Shown one piece after another: positions 26,901 to 37,712 of a stretch of DNA of 51,542 nucleotides. The DNA is from Priapulus caudatus. Taxonomy: Eukaryota. A program made the translations under genes and the position numbers. The notes below the pieces were generated by a model. That model was not told where the DNA came from. It saw only the letters and a list, made by a program, of their open reading frames with translations, and made no database searches. The stretch lies in the NCBI RefSeq assembly GCF_000485595.1, contig NW_014577066.1, forward strand, positions 1,056,132-1,107,673. Direction: 5' to 3'. How positions within the stretch are numbered: position 1 is the stretch's first letter; every line of letters begins with the position of its first letter.

Positions 26901-27136
26901 ACAAAATATTAACAGCTCACCGCTCAGTAGCTTAGCGGACGCCACCGACTCGGAACTGCTGGACGACGTGAGCTGCCCTTCACAGCACTCGAGGGCCACA
27001 CCTCCATCCACCTGGCGGCCGACGCCTAGGGGGCTTGCCACTGTCCCTGAGTCGCACTGTACGCTCCTCGTCGCACCGCCTGCCACCGTCTGTGTGCGCC
27101 AAACTCCTGCCCCACGTTATCGAGCTCTTCAGGCAT
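23991..27136 (-). pseudogene. Second, error-rich copy of perilipin-like exons 1-3 (26921-27136, 24848-25099, 23991-24095)
   Basis: Same splice sites and sequence as the 35-37.7 kb exons, but broken by indels. Probably a redundant assembly copy rather than a true pseudogene. Confidence 0.5.
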
Positions 27137-27302
27137 GCTTTCTTGTCCGGAGAGAACTGAGGTAAAACTGCGGTGCCTAGCTCAAGTGGACATGAAAGAA
27201 CCTTCGCTACGCAGTGGGAGCCGGCTTACCCGCTGACAGGAGCCGGATGTGCCCGCCAAACTGGCAGCGCATGCCAAGAGAGCGAACAGGTACGTGATAT
27301 CC

Positions 27303-27327
27303 NNNNNNNNNNNNNNNNNNNNNNNNN
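27303..27327. other. Assembly gap (25 N)
   Basis: Run of N. Confidence 1.
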
Positions 27328-27398
27328 GTGGCTACTGATAGCGGTGTAGAACGCTACTCACGCGAGGGCGCTAGGAGTATCCGGACACACAGAAAACA

Positions 27399-28478
27399 GG
27401 GATTTGCTAGAACACGGGCGTCAAAGGAGGGTCACGTGATGTGGCTGCACTTGTGTTAGGATTAAAGTTAGGGTCAGGGTCAGGGTTAGGGTTAGGGTTA
27501 GGGTTAGGGAAATAAGACCATGTCTAGCACGGAAGTATGACTGTGGAATCTTTCTGTGGAAGATTTGGACTAGTCTAAGGCAGGGAGCTAAATATAACAA
27601 GGAGAGGAAGAGGATTGGCTGTGTGCTTTCGCCTCAAGGGCGCCATCTATGGACCATAATCAGCTGAAACGGCTGTGCAGACCGAACCCAGAAACAATAG
27701 AACGCTATCTGTTCTAGGGTCTCTGCCGAACCCAAATTTGGGCCAGATATGGCGCCGTCTAAGGAAGGTACATCAATGGATAACACGGACACTGTATTAT
27801 GCAAAAGGAAAGGCCAGTCTAAGGAAAGCTTTCACCTTCCCGTTTCCAGGTTCTCAGTTTAGTAGGTGCCGTAGTGGCACCCGTTTTAAGGGCAGTGTCA
27901 GGTTGCGTCGATAGATAACAGAAACACAGTATTATGAAAACTACTGCTCGTGCGTCTATTTCAGCCTAATCACACACAACTCTACGATACTATACAGATG
28001 TCTGCAAGTCGTAACACCCGCTCCGCGTGTCGCGTAATCTAATACAAGTAATTCCGTACCTTAGAGAGGCGGTTCGCGGAGGCGCTCGGCGGGGTGAAGA
28101 TATATATAGGTCGGTGGAAGGTAGAGCGGAGAAGTATCGCTGGAATAGGGTGTAGGAGCTAGGCGAAAACTAGACTTGCTGCGGAAAGGATGAGAGCAAA
28201 GTTGTTACCTGGGGAATAACCATGGCAGATCGGCCCCCGAGTCATTAGTGTACTCGGATGCTAAGGGCGTGGTGTATAGTGATTACCTGCGGCGTTCTAT
28301 TATTATTATCACTTGGAGCGAAGAGGTGTGTGGTTTCTAGTGATTGCATTTGGGGAATAGTGTGAGGCGATATATTTACTCTCTGCGGGAGCGTGCGCTA
28401 TCCTACACTAGCGTACGAAGTGACTAGTGCTGCCACGTAACGGCACCCTCCTTCGACGCCCGTGTTCTAGCAACACCC
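27399..28478. mobile_element. MULE-like MITE with TTAGGG repeats and both TIRs intact
   Basis: TIR gggatttgctagaacacgggcgtcaaaggagggt / accctccttcgacgcccgtgttctagcaacaccc with 9-bp TSD cagaaaaca (27390-27398 and 28479-28487). Subterminal sequence resembles the 6289-6612 element. Confidence 0.85.
27570..28410. mobile_element. ~840-bp nested insertion specific to this allele
   Basis: Separates gaagatttggact from agcgtacgaag, which are nearly adjacent in copies A and B. Weak inverted ends tagtctaagg...cctacacta. Confidence 0.55.
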
Positions 28479-29416
28479 CAGAAAACAAGTATCATAACCT
28501 AGCGGTTAACTCGGCTCTTATCTCTAAGCAAAAATGCAGGTAAATTTAACCAGCATATGCGAATCCACTGCGAATAGCACAGAGAATTGCTACGTGTGAA
28601 CGCGGCTTATACGTATTTTATCGGCAGTTGGTGCGCATTGCATTGTATTTCATAAATACGAGGTCTCGTGTGAACGAGGCTTATAACTAGAGCTAGGCGA
28701 GAGCTAGCAGGTGTCATTACCGAGGTAGCAATCTACTCTAATTCTTGCGACGTTAGCTCACGTTTCGATGAGATGTGTAGGTATGATTGCATGTTTACAG
28801 CGCAAGGCTCTAGATTTACGGAGCAAGGTAAGTCCGTCAAGAGAAGCGGAAGTGATTGAGACCGTTGAAAAGCACTAATTCATGCAGACCGACTGTCTGA
28901 CTCTCTGGATGCATGCAGCGTATGCGTTACATCCGTTACTAGGCTGCCTACACGTGTTAAGTGTATCCGCGAATATTTTGTAAACGTGATCAAACTCGGC
29001 GAAAGGAAATCTACAGGATACAAACCCGATTGCGTCTCCGAATAGCCGCTCTCTTAGAGGGACTGCGATGGTATTGGAACACATACTCCTTAAGCTGATG
29101 TCGGCCAGACCTCAGCAGCTGAACCTATAAGCATACGTCTGTATAAGTATTGTATTGAAAGCGCTAATAATATTGTATCCTCTATTCTATTGTAATTGAA
29201 GATCGTGATAATTTTTGATAGGGTTAATGCGCGCACACACTGATTTACCATGAAATCGTTATACGAGAGTGTAAGGTTGAAGCTACAGAGTAAGAGATAG
29301 AGATCGTGAAATAGTTCGCAAATGAATCGGTGCCGTCTGCGACTGTGTTTGCAACGAACTATGAGCGAATATTGCGCAAAACGTGGCTACTGATAGCGGT
29401 GTAGAACGCTACTCAC

Positions 29417-29425
29417 GCGAGGGCG
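29417..29425 (-). CDS. Candidate 9-nt microexon (Arg-Pro-Arg) of the perilipin-like gene
   Basis: tactcctag|cgccctcgc|gtgagt on the - strand, phase 0-0. Identical at 27362-27370. Confidence 0.35.
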
Positions 29426-29515
29426 CTAGGAGTATCCGGACACACAGAAAACAGGGATTTGCTAGAACACGGGCGTCGAAGGAGGGTCACGTGATGTGGC
29501 TGCACTTGTGTTAGG

Positions 29516-29715
29516 ATTAGGGTTAGGGTCAGGGTTAGGGTTAGGCTTAGGCTTAGGCTTAGGGCTAGGGCCTAGGGCACTAGGGCTAGGGCTAGGGCTA
29601 GGCTAGGGCTAGGCGCTAGGGCTAGGTCTAGCGCTAGGGCTAGGGCTAGGTCTGGGCTAGGCTAGGGCTAGGGCTAGGGCTAGGGCTAGGGCTAGGGCTA
29701 GGGCTAGGGTTAGGG

Positions 29716-29752
<37 letters not shown>
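29516..29752 (+). repeat. Interstitial telomere-type array TTAGGG/TTAGGC/CTAGGG
   Basis: About 40 hexamer units ordered TTAGGG > TTAGGC > CTAGGG > TTAGGG. Confidence 0.9.
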
Positions 29753-29905
29753 AAATAAGGCCATGTCTAGCACGGAAGCATGACTGTGGAATCTTTCTGT
29801 GGAAGATTGAACTTTGAAGCGTACGAAGGTTACTAGTGCTTGCCAGCGTAACGGCCCCCTCCTTCGACGCCCGTGTTCTGTTATCTCTGTTATCTGTTAT
29901 GTGAA

Positions 29906-30410
29906 TGTTATTTCTTCTCATCATTCCTGTTAAGTGTATCGTATACTGTCGTATTTCTGGCACGGTTCTGTTCTTGTTTTGCGCGGTATTTAGGCTGTTC
30001 AGCCTGGCTGCGGTTCGGCTCGTTTACATTATGTTTTTAGTCATGTGACTCGCGGGTTTCCTTGTCGCGTATAAAAGCGTCTGTTGTGGCGTGGCGGCGG
30101 CCCTTTTGCTGCTTGTGCCGTATTTAACGTTCCGTGCGCTCGCGCATTTCTTCCCACGATGCACCATACATTGTAAGTGTTTTTCTCTTGGTTCTCGTCT
30201 ATATAATTTCTTATAATTTGAATCTTTGTTATATAACGTTGGATATAGTGAACATTGCATGACATGAGCGACGTAAATATTTAGTGTGCATTATTTTGTA
30301 TTTACAGTTTTACCTGCACGTGCGCTCAACGCATGTGCTGAGTAATAAATTTGGAGATAACGGAAAAGATGCCGAGTTGGGTTTTTGATTATCACGCACG
30401 GAACGTAACA
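29906..30410 (+). repeat. 5' LTR of the BEL element
   Basis: tgtta...taaca, contains tataaaa and aataaa, and matches 34246-34752. Confidence 0.9.
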
Positions 30411-31054
30411 GTAAAAAATGTATGAATCAAGAGGACATGAATAAGAGTTACATGAAGCAAGAGGACATGAGTAAAAAATGTATGAATCAAGAGGTGAATC
30501 ATGAGTAAAAGGTTACATGAAGCAAGAAAAACATGAGAAAAAGGTTACATGAAGCAAGAAAACATGAGTGAAAATACATAGAAGCAGGACTACATGAGTA
30601 ATGGTATGCGTGCATGAGGGGACATGAGCAAGAAAAGTCTATGAGCTAAGACTGAGGCGAATCTACGTCAAGAATTTGACAACATGGCGGAGTGCAAGAA
30701 GTTACAGAGGGAACTCACCTGGGAAGGTAACACCATTAAGCGCCTGGTAGCAGAGCAAGATGATATGAAGAGACGCAAGCAAGACTTCGGATATTAAAGG
30801 GAGTATTTTCCGAGTTTGCTAACGCACACGAGGATTGTCATGTGCTTCTCACTGACGACGGTGATATTGACGATAGTGATGGTATCTCTTTGAGGTTCAA
30901 GATGCGTATATTGATGGGGTGAGGAGAAGACGAATGCATTCCTCGATAGTCGGAAGTTACCCATCAAGCCGGAGGCATTAAGACGACAAGAGCAGGAATA
31001 TGCACGACTGGAACAGCAGAGATTGTTCCGGAAACATCAAGAAGCCGCCAGAAA

Positions 31055-31725
31055 GCAAGAGGAAGAACGTATTAGAATGGAACAAGAAAGAATTGTTCCA
31101 GGAACGCAAGAAGCAGCCAGCGGAATGCATAGATGAAGATAGTATTAGAATGGAACAAGAAAGGAATTGCTTCCATGGAACAGCAAGATACATAGCATGA
31201 ATGCAAGTAGAAGAATGTATTTAGAATGGAACAAGAAAGAATGTTTGCCAGGAACTACAATGAAAGAGCCAGGGAATGCAAGAGGAAGAATGTTATTAAT
31301 AAGGGAACAAGAAAGAATGTTCGCGAACAGCAAGAAGCAGCCATGAAGCAATGAGGAAAGAATGTATTAAAGGGAACAAGAAAGAATGTTCCAGGCAACG
31401 CAATGAAGCAGCCAGGAATGCACATGATGAAAAAGGTATTAGGAATGGAACAAGTTGAGTAATGTTCCAGGGAACAGCAGAAGGCAGCCAGAAAGCAGAG
31501 AGAAGAACATAATTTAGAATGGAACAAGAAAGAATGCCTTCCAGGAACAGCAAGAACCAGCCAGGGAACGCAAGAGGAAGAATGTATTAAAAGGAACAGG
31601 AAAGAATGTTCCAGGAACGAGCAAGAAGCAGCATGAAGCAGAGAAGAATGCTATTAAAAAGGGAACAAGAAAGAATGTTCCAGGAACAAGCACAAGAAAG
31701 CAGCCATGAATGCGTAATGGCAGAG
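31055..31725 (+). repeat. ~69-bp coding tandem repeat (about 10 units) in BEL gag: RMEQERMFQEQQEAAREAEEERI
   Basis: Repeated agaatggaacaagaaagaatgttccaggaacagcaagaagcagcc; also present at about 19845-20500. Confidence 0.85.
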
Positions 31726-34245
31726 ACAAGATGCCATGCAGAAGAAGGCCCGAGCAAGCCAGCGAAGCTAGAGGGCTGTGGATACGACAAGGACAAGAGG
31801 CTAAAATTGGCTGTTGGAGCAGAAGGCTTGGCTGATAAGGAATAAGCTAGAGAGCGAAGGCTAAGCTGAATACGGTGATCGCGAAAATGTGGGCCGACAT
31901 AGAAGCTTGTATCGAGCAATGTCAAGATTCCCATCGTATGATAGACGATGCCCCCTACGCGTTTTGTGGCCGTGATGGTGCGGAGAGACGTGATCCATTT
32001 CGCATGACCCTCACACGTACTTTGGGGAGTATGTGTGCGCCAGCATCTCGACATACGCTTTTGCGACGCACGGTAAAGGGACCATGGAGATTGTCGACCC
32101 TGCGATAGTGACACAGTAACTAGATCGTTCACGTCGACGACTGCCTCAAGTCAGTCGAATGTGATGACGAAAGCTGAAAGCCCAAATAATTATAAGAGCG
32201 AACACCAGACCTGCTACAGAAGGGCGGATTTAGAATTAACGAAGTTCGTGAGTGCAACAGTCGCGAGACCTTCTCGCCGAGCATACCGGAAGCCACGAGG
32301 ATGAAAGCTATCGTGGATATGAAGTGCCCATCAGATTCTCGGTAGGAACATGGAAATATGGCGAGCGGAACACTACTAGCACGCTGAGACCTATAAGCGT
32401 AGCAAAGATGTATCGTGCCGACCGAATCACGTGACAGCAGTATGTGAACTAGCATCAACTTCAGTGACAGCCAGTGAGAAGGCGGTAGGGAATGGTTGTA
32501 CTTATATGAGATGTATAAGTAAGGCAAGGACGAATACACACACGCCTTTAGTAATGAAGCAAAGGTAGGCGGTTGGCGCCGATAAAACACTTACGATCCC
32601 AACGCTTGGAGCTGCAAGCTGGCAGTGTATTATCAGCGAGGTGGACTGTCTATTTAGGCGAGAGTTGCGAGCCTGCTAAACCAAGTCATATTTTTGGACT
32701 GACAGTGAACTGGTTTTGAAATACATTAACGAATGAACGGCACGGAGTTCCAGAGTATCGTAGCCAAACAGCGATCAGTTACAATTCCGACAGCTGACGA
32801 ACCCTGATCAATCGGTATTATATTGCGAGTGGAAGATAATCCGGCTGCATGTAAGAACAAGTAGGCAGAAGCAGCCTGGAGGCTGCCGGACACCGGAAAG
32901 TGGTTTGAAGGCCGTTAGCATGTTAAAAACGTAATAAAGCTGAGTGAATATGCAACGGATAGACGGTGAGGTATCATCACATATCCAGAGGTGAAGGCAT
33001 TGACCGCAAAAAAACGAAAGAAGCCTCAAGAATCTGTGAAAAAGGATAAACCTCGCGGCTACCCGTAGTATGAGGGAAAGCCGCTAGATAGGCTCATGCA
33101 TCATTACTCTAGCTGGTTATAGGCTTTAAGATGGGCTCTGTGTTGGTGGATCAGGATAAAGATGGATAAGCTATAGAGCAAAGGTCAAGCTAAAATTCGC
33201 GCAGATCAATAGGCGTTGATGAAATGGTGTTCAGCAGACGCGAATTATAGTGAAAGCACGTGCGATGCATACGCTGGAGAAGGAATCAACCCAAATCCAC
33301 GAGGGATGATACCTAACAGGTCGACGTTCGGCCTGAGGAAGCTAACGCCTGTGCTGGGTTAGGACGGGCTGCTTTGGTGTAGGTTTGGAGGCTTCAAACA
33401 TGCTCAACGCAATAGCAATGCTTAATCATTGAAGGATATACATGATATAGCATCACCTAGGTACAGAGTGGGTACTTGGCGATATGTGAAGAGCTAAAGT
33501 TTTTTGATCGACAAAGGCGAGATCAGTCATGCAGAAAGTGGTCCACGATGGCTGGTTGACATGCGAAGGCTTTATGCATCGCCTTGTCAGCGGAAGATGG
33601 CTAGATTTACCTCTTGAGAGGCTAGAACAAAGCAGCGCACGTTATACTTACGTAGATTAGCATTGTTTTGGACCTTTTCTACGTTGAAGCTGGGCAGATC
33701 AGCAGCTAAAGGATATGGATGTGTGTTCACATGCCTTCACCACACGCTGCCGATACACATAGAAAAGTTCAAACAGTCGTGCTATCACCAAGGAGCAGCG
33801 ATGATGTAAGTGATTTCGAAGAGCGCTTTAGCCTAACCGATCTTTTATATTGCTACGAGAGGCGCTACGTTTACTCCCGCGGCAAGTTCGAGATTCAGCG
33901 GCATGTATCCTAGGCGGTGGCCGTCACGTAACAGCATTCTCGCGATCAGTCTTTCTGGCGCAAGTGGTGTGAAAGAATACCTGCCAGAGCTGCAGCGTAG
34001 AAGCAAGTGGATTGTGCAAAGCAGGAACATCAAGATAGGTGATTTAGTGCTGGTGGTGAACGCAAACACCCCAAGAGGACTATGGCCGCTTGGCCTCGTG
34101 ATAGATGTGATAAGGGCAGAGACGGTCTCGTCAGATCAGCCAGAGTGAAAACCAAGGCGACGCGTATCGTCCGCCCGATCTCGAAGATCGTGCTACTAGA
34201 GGGCTTCCTAAGTTTACTTTGTTGAACGTAGTTCAAGGTGGGGAG

Positions 34246-34752
34246 TGTTATTTCTTCTCATCATTCCTGTTAAGTGTATCGTATACTGTCGTATTTCTGG
34301 CACGGTTCTGTTCTTGTTTTTGCGCGGTAATTTAGCTGTTCAGCCTGGCTGCGGTTTCGGCTCGCTTACATTATGTTTTTAGTCATGTACACTCGCGGGT
34401 TCCTTGCGCGGTATAAAAGCGTCTGTTTGGCGTGGCGCGGGCCCTTTTTGCTGCTGTGCCGTATTTATACGTTCCCGTGCGCCTCGCGCATTTCTTCCAC
34501 GATGCACCATACATTGTAAGTGTTTTTCTCTTGGTTCTCGTCTAATTTCTTATAATTTGAATCTTTGTTATATAACGTTGGATATAGTGAACATTGCGCA
34601 TGACATGAGCGACGTAATATTTAGTGTGCATTATTTTGTATTTACAGTTTTACCCTGCACGTGCCGCTCAACGCATGTGCCTGAGTAATAAATTTGGAGA
34701 TAACGGAAAAGATGCGAGTTGGGGTTTTGATATCACGCCACCGAACGTAACA
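34246..34752 (+). repeat. 3' LTR of the BEL element
   Basis: Follows the PPT and matches the 5' LTR. Confidence 0.9.
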
Positions 34753-35085
34753 GCAACACCCAGGAAAACACAGTAATCATAACCTAGCCGCGTTAACTCG
34801 GCTTAAGCAAAAATGCAGGTAAATTTAACCAGCATATGCGAATCCACTGCGAATAGCACAGAGAGCGAATAAAATAGCGCAATTTATTCACTAACGATTT
34901 ATTAATTAATAATTATTAATTACTTTATGAAATAACACAATCTATTAATTTAATTATTAGTAAGGTAATTTCGCACGTTATATTCGACCCGAAAACGTTC
35001 CGCGGCTATTCACGGCGATATTAACACTTTACGGCACACACACTCGGCGCTACCGAGACGGTGCGTGTGTGTGTTTGTAACTCAC

Positions 35086-35190
35086 CAGCAGTTTTAGCGG
35101 CGCTGCCACCCAAATGACCAACCGCGGACCGGCAGACTTGATGCGTATGCTCACACCGCGGCACACGTCGGCGCCCGCCACCTTCTCGTT
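35086..35190 (-). CDS. Perilipin-like gene, exon 3
   Basis: ttttcaag| acceptor and |gtgagt donor, 105 bp in both copies, phase 0-0: NEKVAGADVCRGVSIRIKSAGPRLVIWVAAPLKLL. The internal sequence is uncertain because of indels. Confidence 0.55.
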
Positions 35191-35636
35191 CTTGAAAACA
35201 CAAACACAGTCACTTGGATTGGTTAATTACGATACGCGACATGACATGAGAATAAGCGAAGGTTCCGTACTTAGACGAGAAGAGAGCAAATAACCACCGT
35301 CACTACTTCCCGGCGCTTTCTTGGTTACTCTCGGAGTTTTAGTCTGTACCTAGCTGGCGCTTATTTTTTCTCTTTCTCGCCTCCTCTCTCTCTCTAGGCC
35401 TATTTTTCGTAATCGCTCCCACCATTCTCTTCCTTCCCATTCTCTCTCTCTCTCACACGCACCCACTGTCAATATCTTTCTCACCATTCTCTTTTCCTTC
35501 TCCCCACTGTTCTCTCCCTTCCTCTATCTCTCGCAAACACACACTGTATGCTTTTCTTTCTTTTGACATATACCTACTACTTTCCCCTACACGACTTTAA
35601 TTTCCAACGCTCGCACCTATTTCTCTCTGTGTGTGT

Positions 35637-35671
<35 letters not shown>

Positions 35672-35900
35672 TTTCTCTTTCCCTTTCTCACTCCCTCTCT
35701 CTCTCCCTCTTCCCCTTTCTCTCTATGCCCCTCTCTCTCTCACATGCACTTCCTCTCTCTCCCTCTTTCTTCCATCTCTCTCTCGCTCTCTCTCGCTCTC
35801 TCCCTCTCTCCCCTTCTCCTCCTCTCTCCCCCTCTTTCCCCTTTTCCCCCTCGCCTCTCTCCTTCTCCTCTCTCCCTCTCCTCTCTACTTGCACCCTCAC

Positions 35901-36136
35901 CTGCTCACTGGCCGGCGTCTGCTCGATCTCTAATGCGTCGACCGCAGCCTCGCAGACGGCCACGCACCAATCGAGAGCAGCGGTCGCAGCCCGTCCCACG
36001 CGGCTACGCAGCACGCTGATGCAATAACGTCTGACTCGGCCGGAGACGGACCGTCTGGCACCGTCCAGGTATTCGCTCGATTTGCTGGCGACGACGCCGC
36101 CGACGTTCAGGTATTTGACGGCCATCGCGTCCACGG
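35901..36136 (-). CDS. Perilipin-like gene, exon 2
   Basis: tag| acceptor (phase 1) and |gtgagg donor (phase 0). Encodes AVDAMAVKYLN...VLRSRVGRAATAALDWCVAVCEAAVDALE, resembling perilipin VDxxAxKGLD and VLxSRVGxxxxxxxDxxxxxxExxVD segments. Confidence 0.65.
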
Positions 36137-36306
36137 CTATAGACGCGCGCACGAAGAATGAAGGGAGAATGAATTACAATCGTGGTTTTACGCGTCACTA
36201 CTCGTTGTTGGTTTTATATATTTACGCTTCATACACGTTGTACACACACGCGCGCGCAGGCGCGCACGCACGTTCACATGCACGCACACACACACGCACA
36301 CACACA

Positions 36307-36346
<40 letters not shown>

Positions 36347-37513
36347 CACACGCACGCACGCACGCACGCACGCACGCGCACGCACGCGCACGCACGCACG
36401 CGGACGCACGCTTACGTTTCGTTATAAGTCGGTTGCTATTTCACGCGAGGAATTTCATACGGCGTTTAATTTCTTGTATAGGTATGAAAACACTTACCAC
36501 AGCAATTATGTAAGGCAAATATGAGTGACGGCGTCAATTTTCCATAAATATATGGAATCATAATATAATATATAACTGTGACCTTGAGGTGATATAGTAT
36601 ACCCTATAAGACGCCGTGTATTGTGGAAATGAAAGACGGTGCCAGTGATAGGGTAGCTACAGCTATTACGAAAGATTTAGCAATTGCCAGCAACGGCAAA
36701 CATTTAAACGCAGACATACGCTTATTATAGCTCTGCTCATTATTTGGTATACATGTCAAATTCGGACATGCAATACGCGGAACACCCGCGTTAAACAGCG
36801 ACATCGGCTTTTAGGCAGGTTGAATCAAATGCTGATAGGCAGGGTTATTGAAAGTGGGCGGGAAGGGCTGCCGTAGAAAGCAGTCGGTCAGAACTTTCCA
36901 TCAACTACGGTAGATGGCAGCGCAGTTTGTTACGCAGCAACATCTCGAAGTGGCACGTCAACCACACAGCAGCATTATAACAGAGCATATAAATCACTAT
37001 ATTTATTGCTGATTTATATGCTCTGAATATAATTTATAAAACAGCGCGGCGCGTGTGCGGTTAATAAACCTCACTGCCATTTTCGGCGAAACAAACGATA
37101 TTATATAGAGCATGCAAAACTGCATGAGGTCCACATATCTATAGCAAGATCCCTTCGCTCACGCATGAGATGCCCCCATGGTAGCACTACATAAACATCG
37201 CGTGGCATTAAACATCTCTAGCGGAAATGTACGCTAGAGTAGGCCTATATCGTATATAAAAATAAAAAACAGTACATTTGTTAATAAAACCAGTAACACC
37301 AAACAAGGCATGTCATTATCTATTAGACGCTCACGTGAGACGCTAAATGACGTTTGTATGCGAAATTGTATGTAGACGAAAGCGTCACAGTGTTATGTAC
37401 GCGCTTGTTATATATAAATAAATAAATAAATAAATATATATATACTATAATGTTATGTATGCTTATAATATGCTTTAGTCGCGCAAGACTGAAAGACAAA
37501 TATTAAAGCTCAC

Positions 37514-37712
37514 CGCTCAGTAGCTTAGCGGAGCGCACGACGTCGACTGCTGGACGGGTGAGCTGCTTCACAGCACTCAGGCCACACTCCATCCACCTGG
37601 CGGCGACGCCTAGGGGTGTGCCACTGTCCCTGAGTCGCACGTACGCCCTCGTCACCGCCTGCACCGTCTGTGTGGCGCCAAACTCCTGCACGTTATCGAG
37701 CTCTTCAGGCAT
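37514..37712 (-). CDS. Perilipin-like gene, first identified coding exon (PAT domain)
   Basis: ATG at 37712 inside an exon with a cag| acceptor at 37732; |gtgagc donor at 37513 (phase 1) joins exon 2 in frame. MPEELDNVQEFGATQTVQAVTRAYVRLRDSGTPLGVAARWMECGLSAVKQLTRPAVDVV fits the PAT pattern AYxxxKxSxxxLxxxxxxxExG...P. The true start may lie in an upstream exon. Confidence 0.6.

Larger units (their letters stand above)
17253..27302. repeat. Copy A of a ~9.5-10 kb segment (noisy version), ending at an N gap
   Basis: Collinear with 28586-37862 throughout. Differences are almost all 1-bp insertions or deletions. Confidence 0.92.
27328..28585. other. Third version (BEL-free allele) of the 29382-34865 locus
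   Basis: Same flanks as copies A and B, but no LTR element, a much shorter TTAGGG array and a private ~840-bp insert. Confidence 0.8.
29906..34752 (+). mobile_element. BEL/Pao LTR retrotransposon, non-autonomous deletion derivative (copy B)
   Basis: ~505-bp LTRs (TGTTA...TAACA) with PPT aaggtggggag. Broken ORFs carry Pao motifs: RT ADIE and SF(Y)VDDCLKS..KGGFRLTKF; RNase H FSDASE, TIPRLELQ, FWTDS and DNPA; IN region FGPF, GCVFTC and KEYLPELQRRSKW..IKIGDLVLV..PRGLWPLG..VRPISKIVLLE. Confidence 0.92.
29454..34761. mobile_element. MULE-like telomere-repeat MITE (copy B) with BEL inserted in its right TIR
   Basis: Left TIR at 29454 after cagaaaaca. The right TIR is split as ...cgcccgtgttc | LTR element | gcaacaccc. 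Confidence 0.8.

Noticed and set aside
23991..27136. A genuine second perilipin paralogue
   Set aside because: It differs from copy B by random indels across exons and introns alike, which fits sequencing noise.
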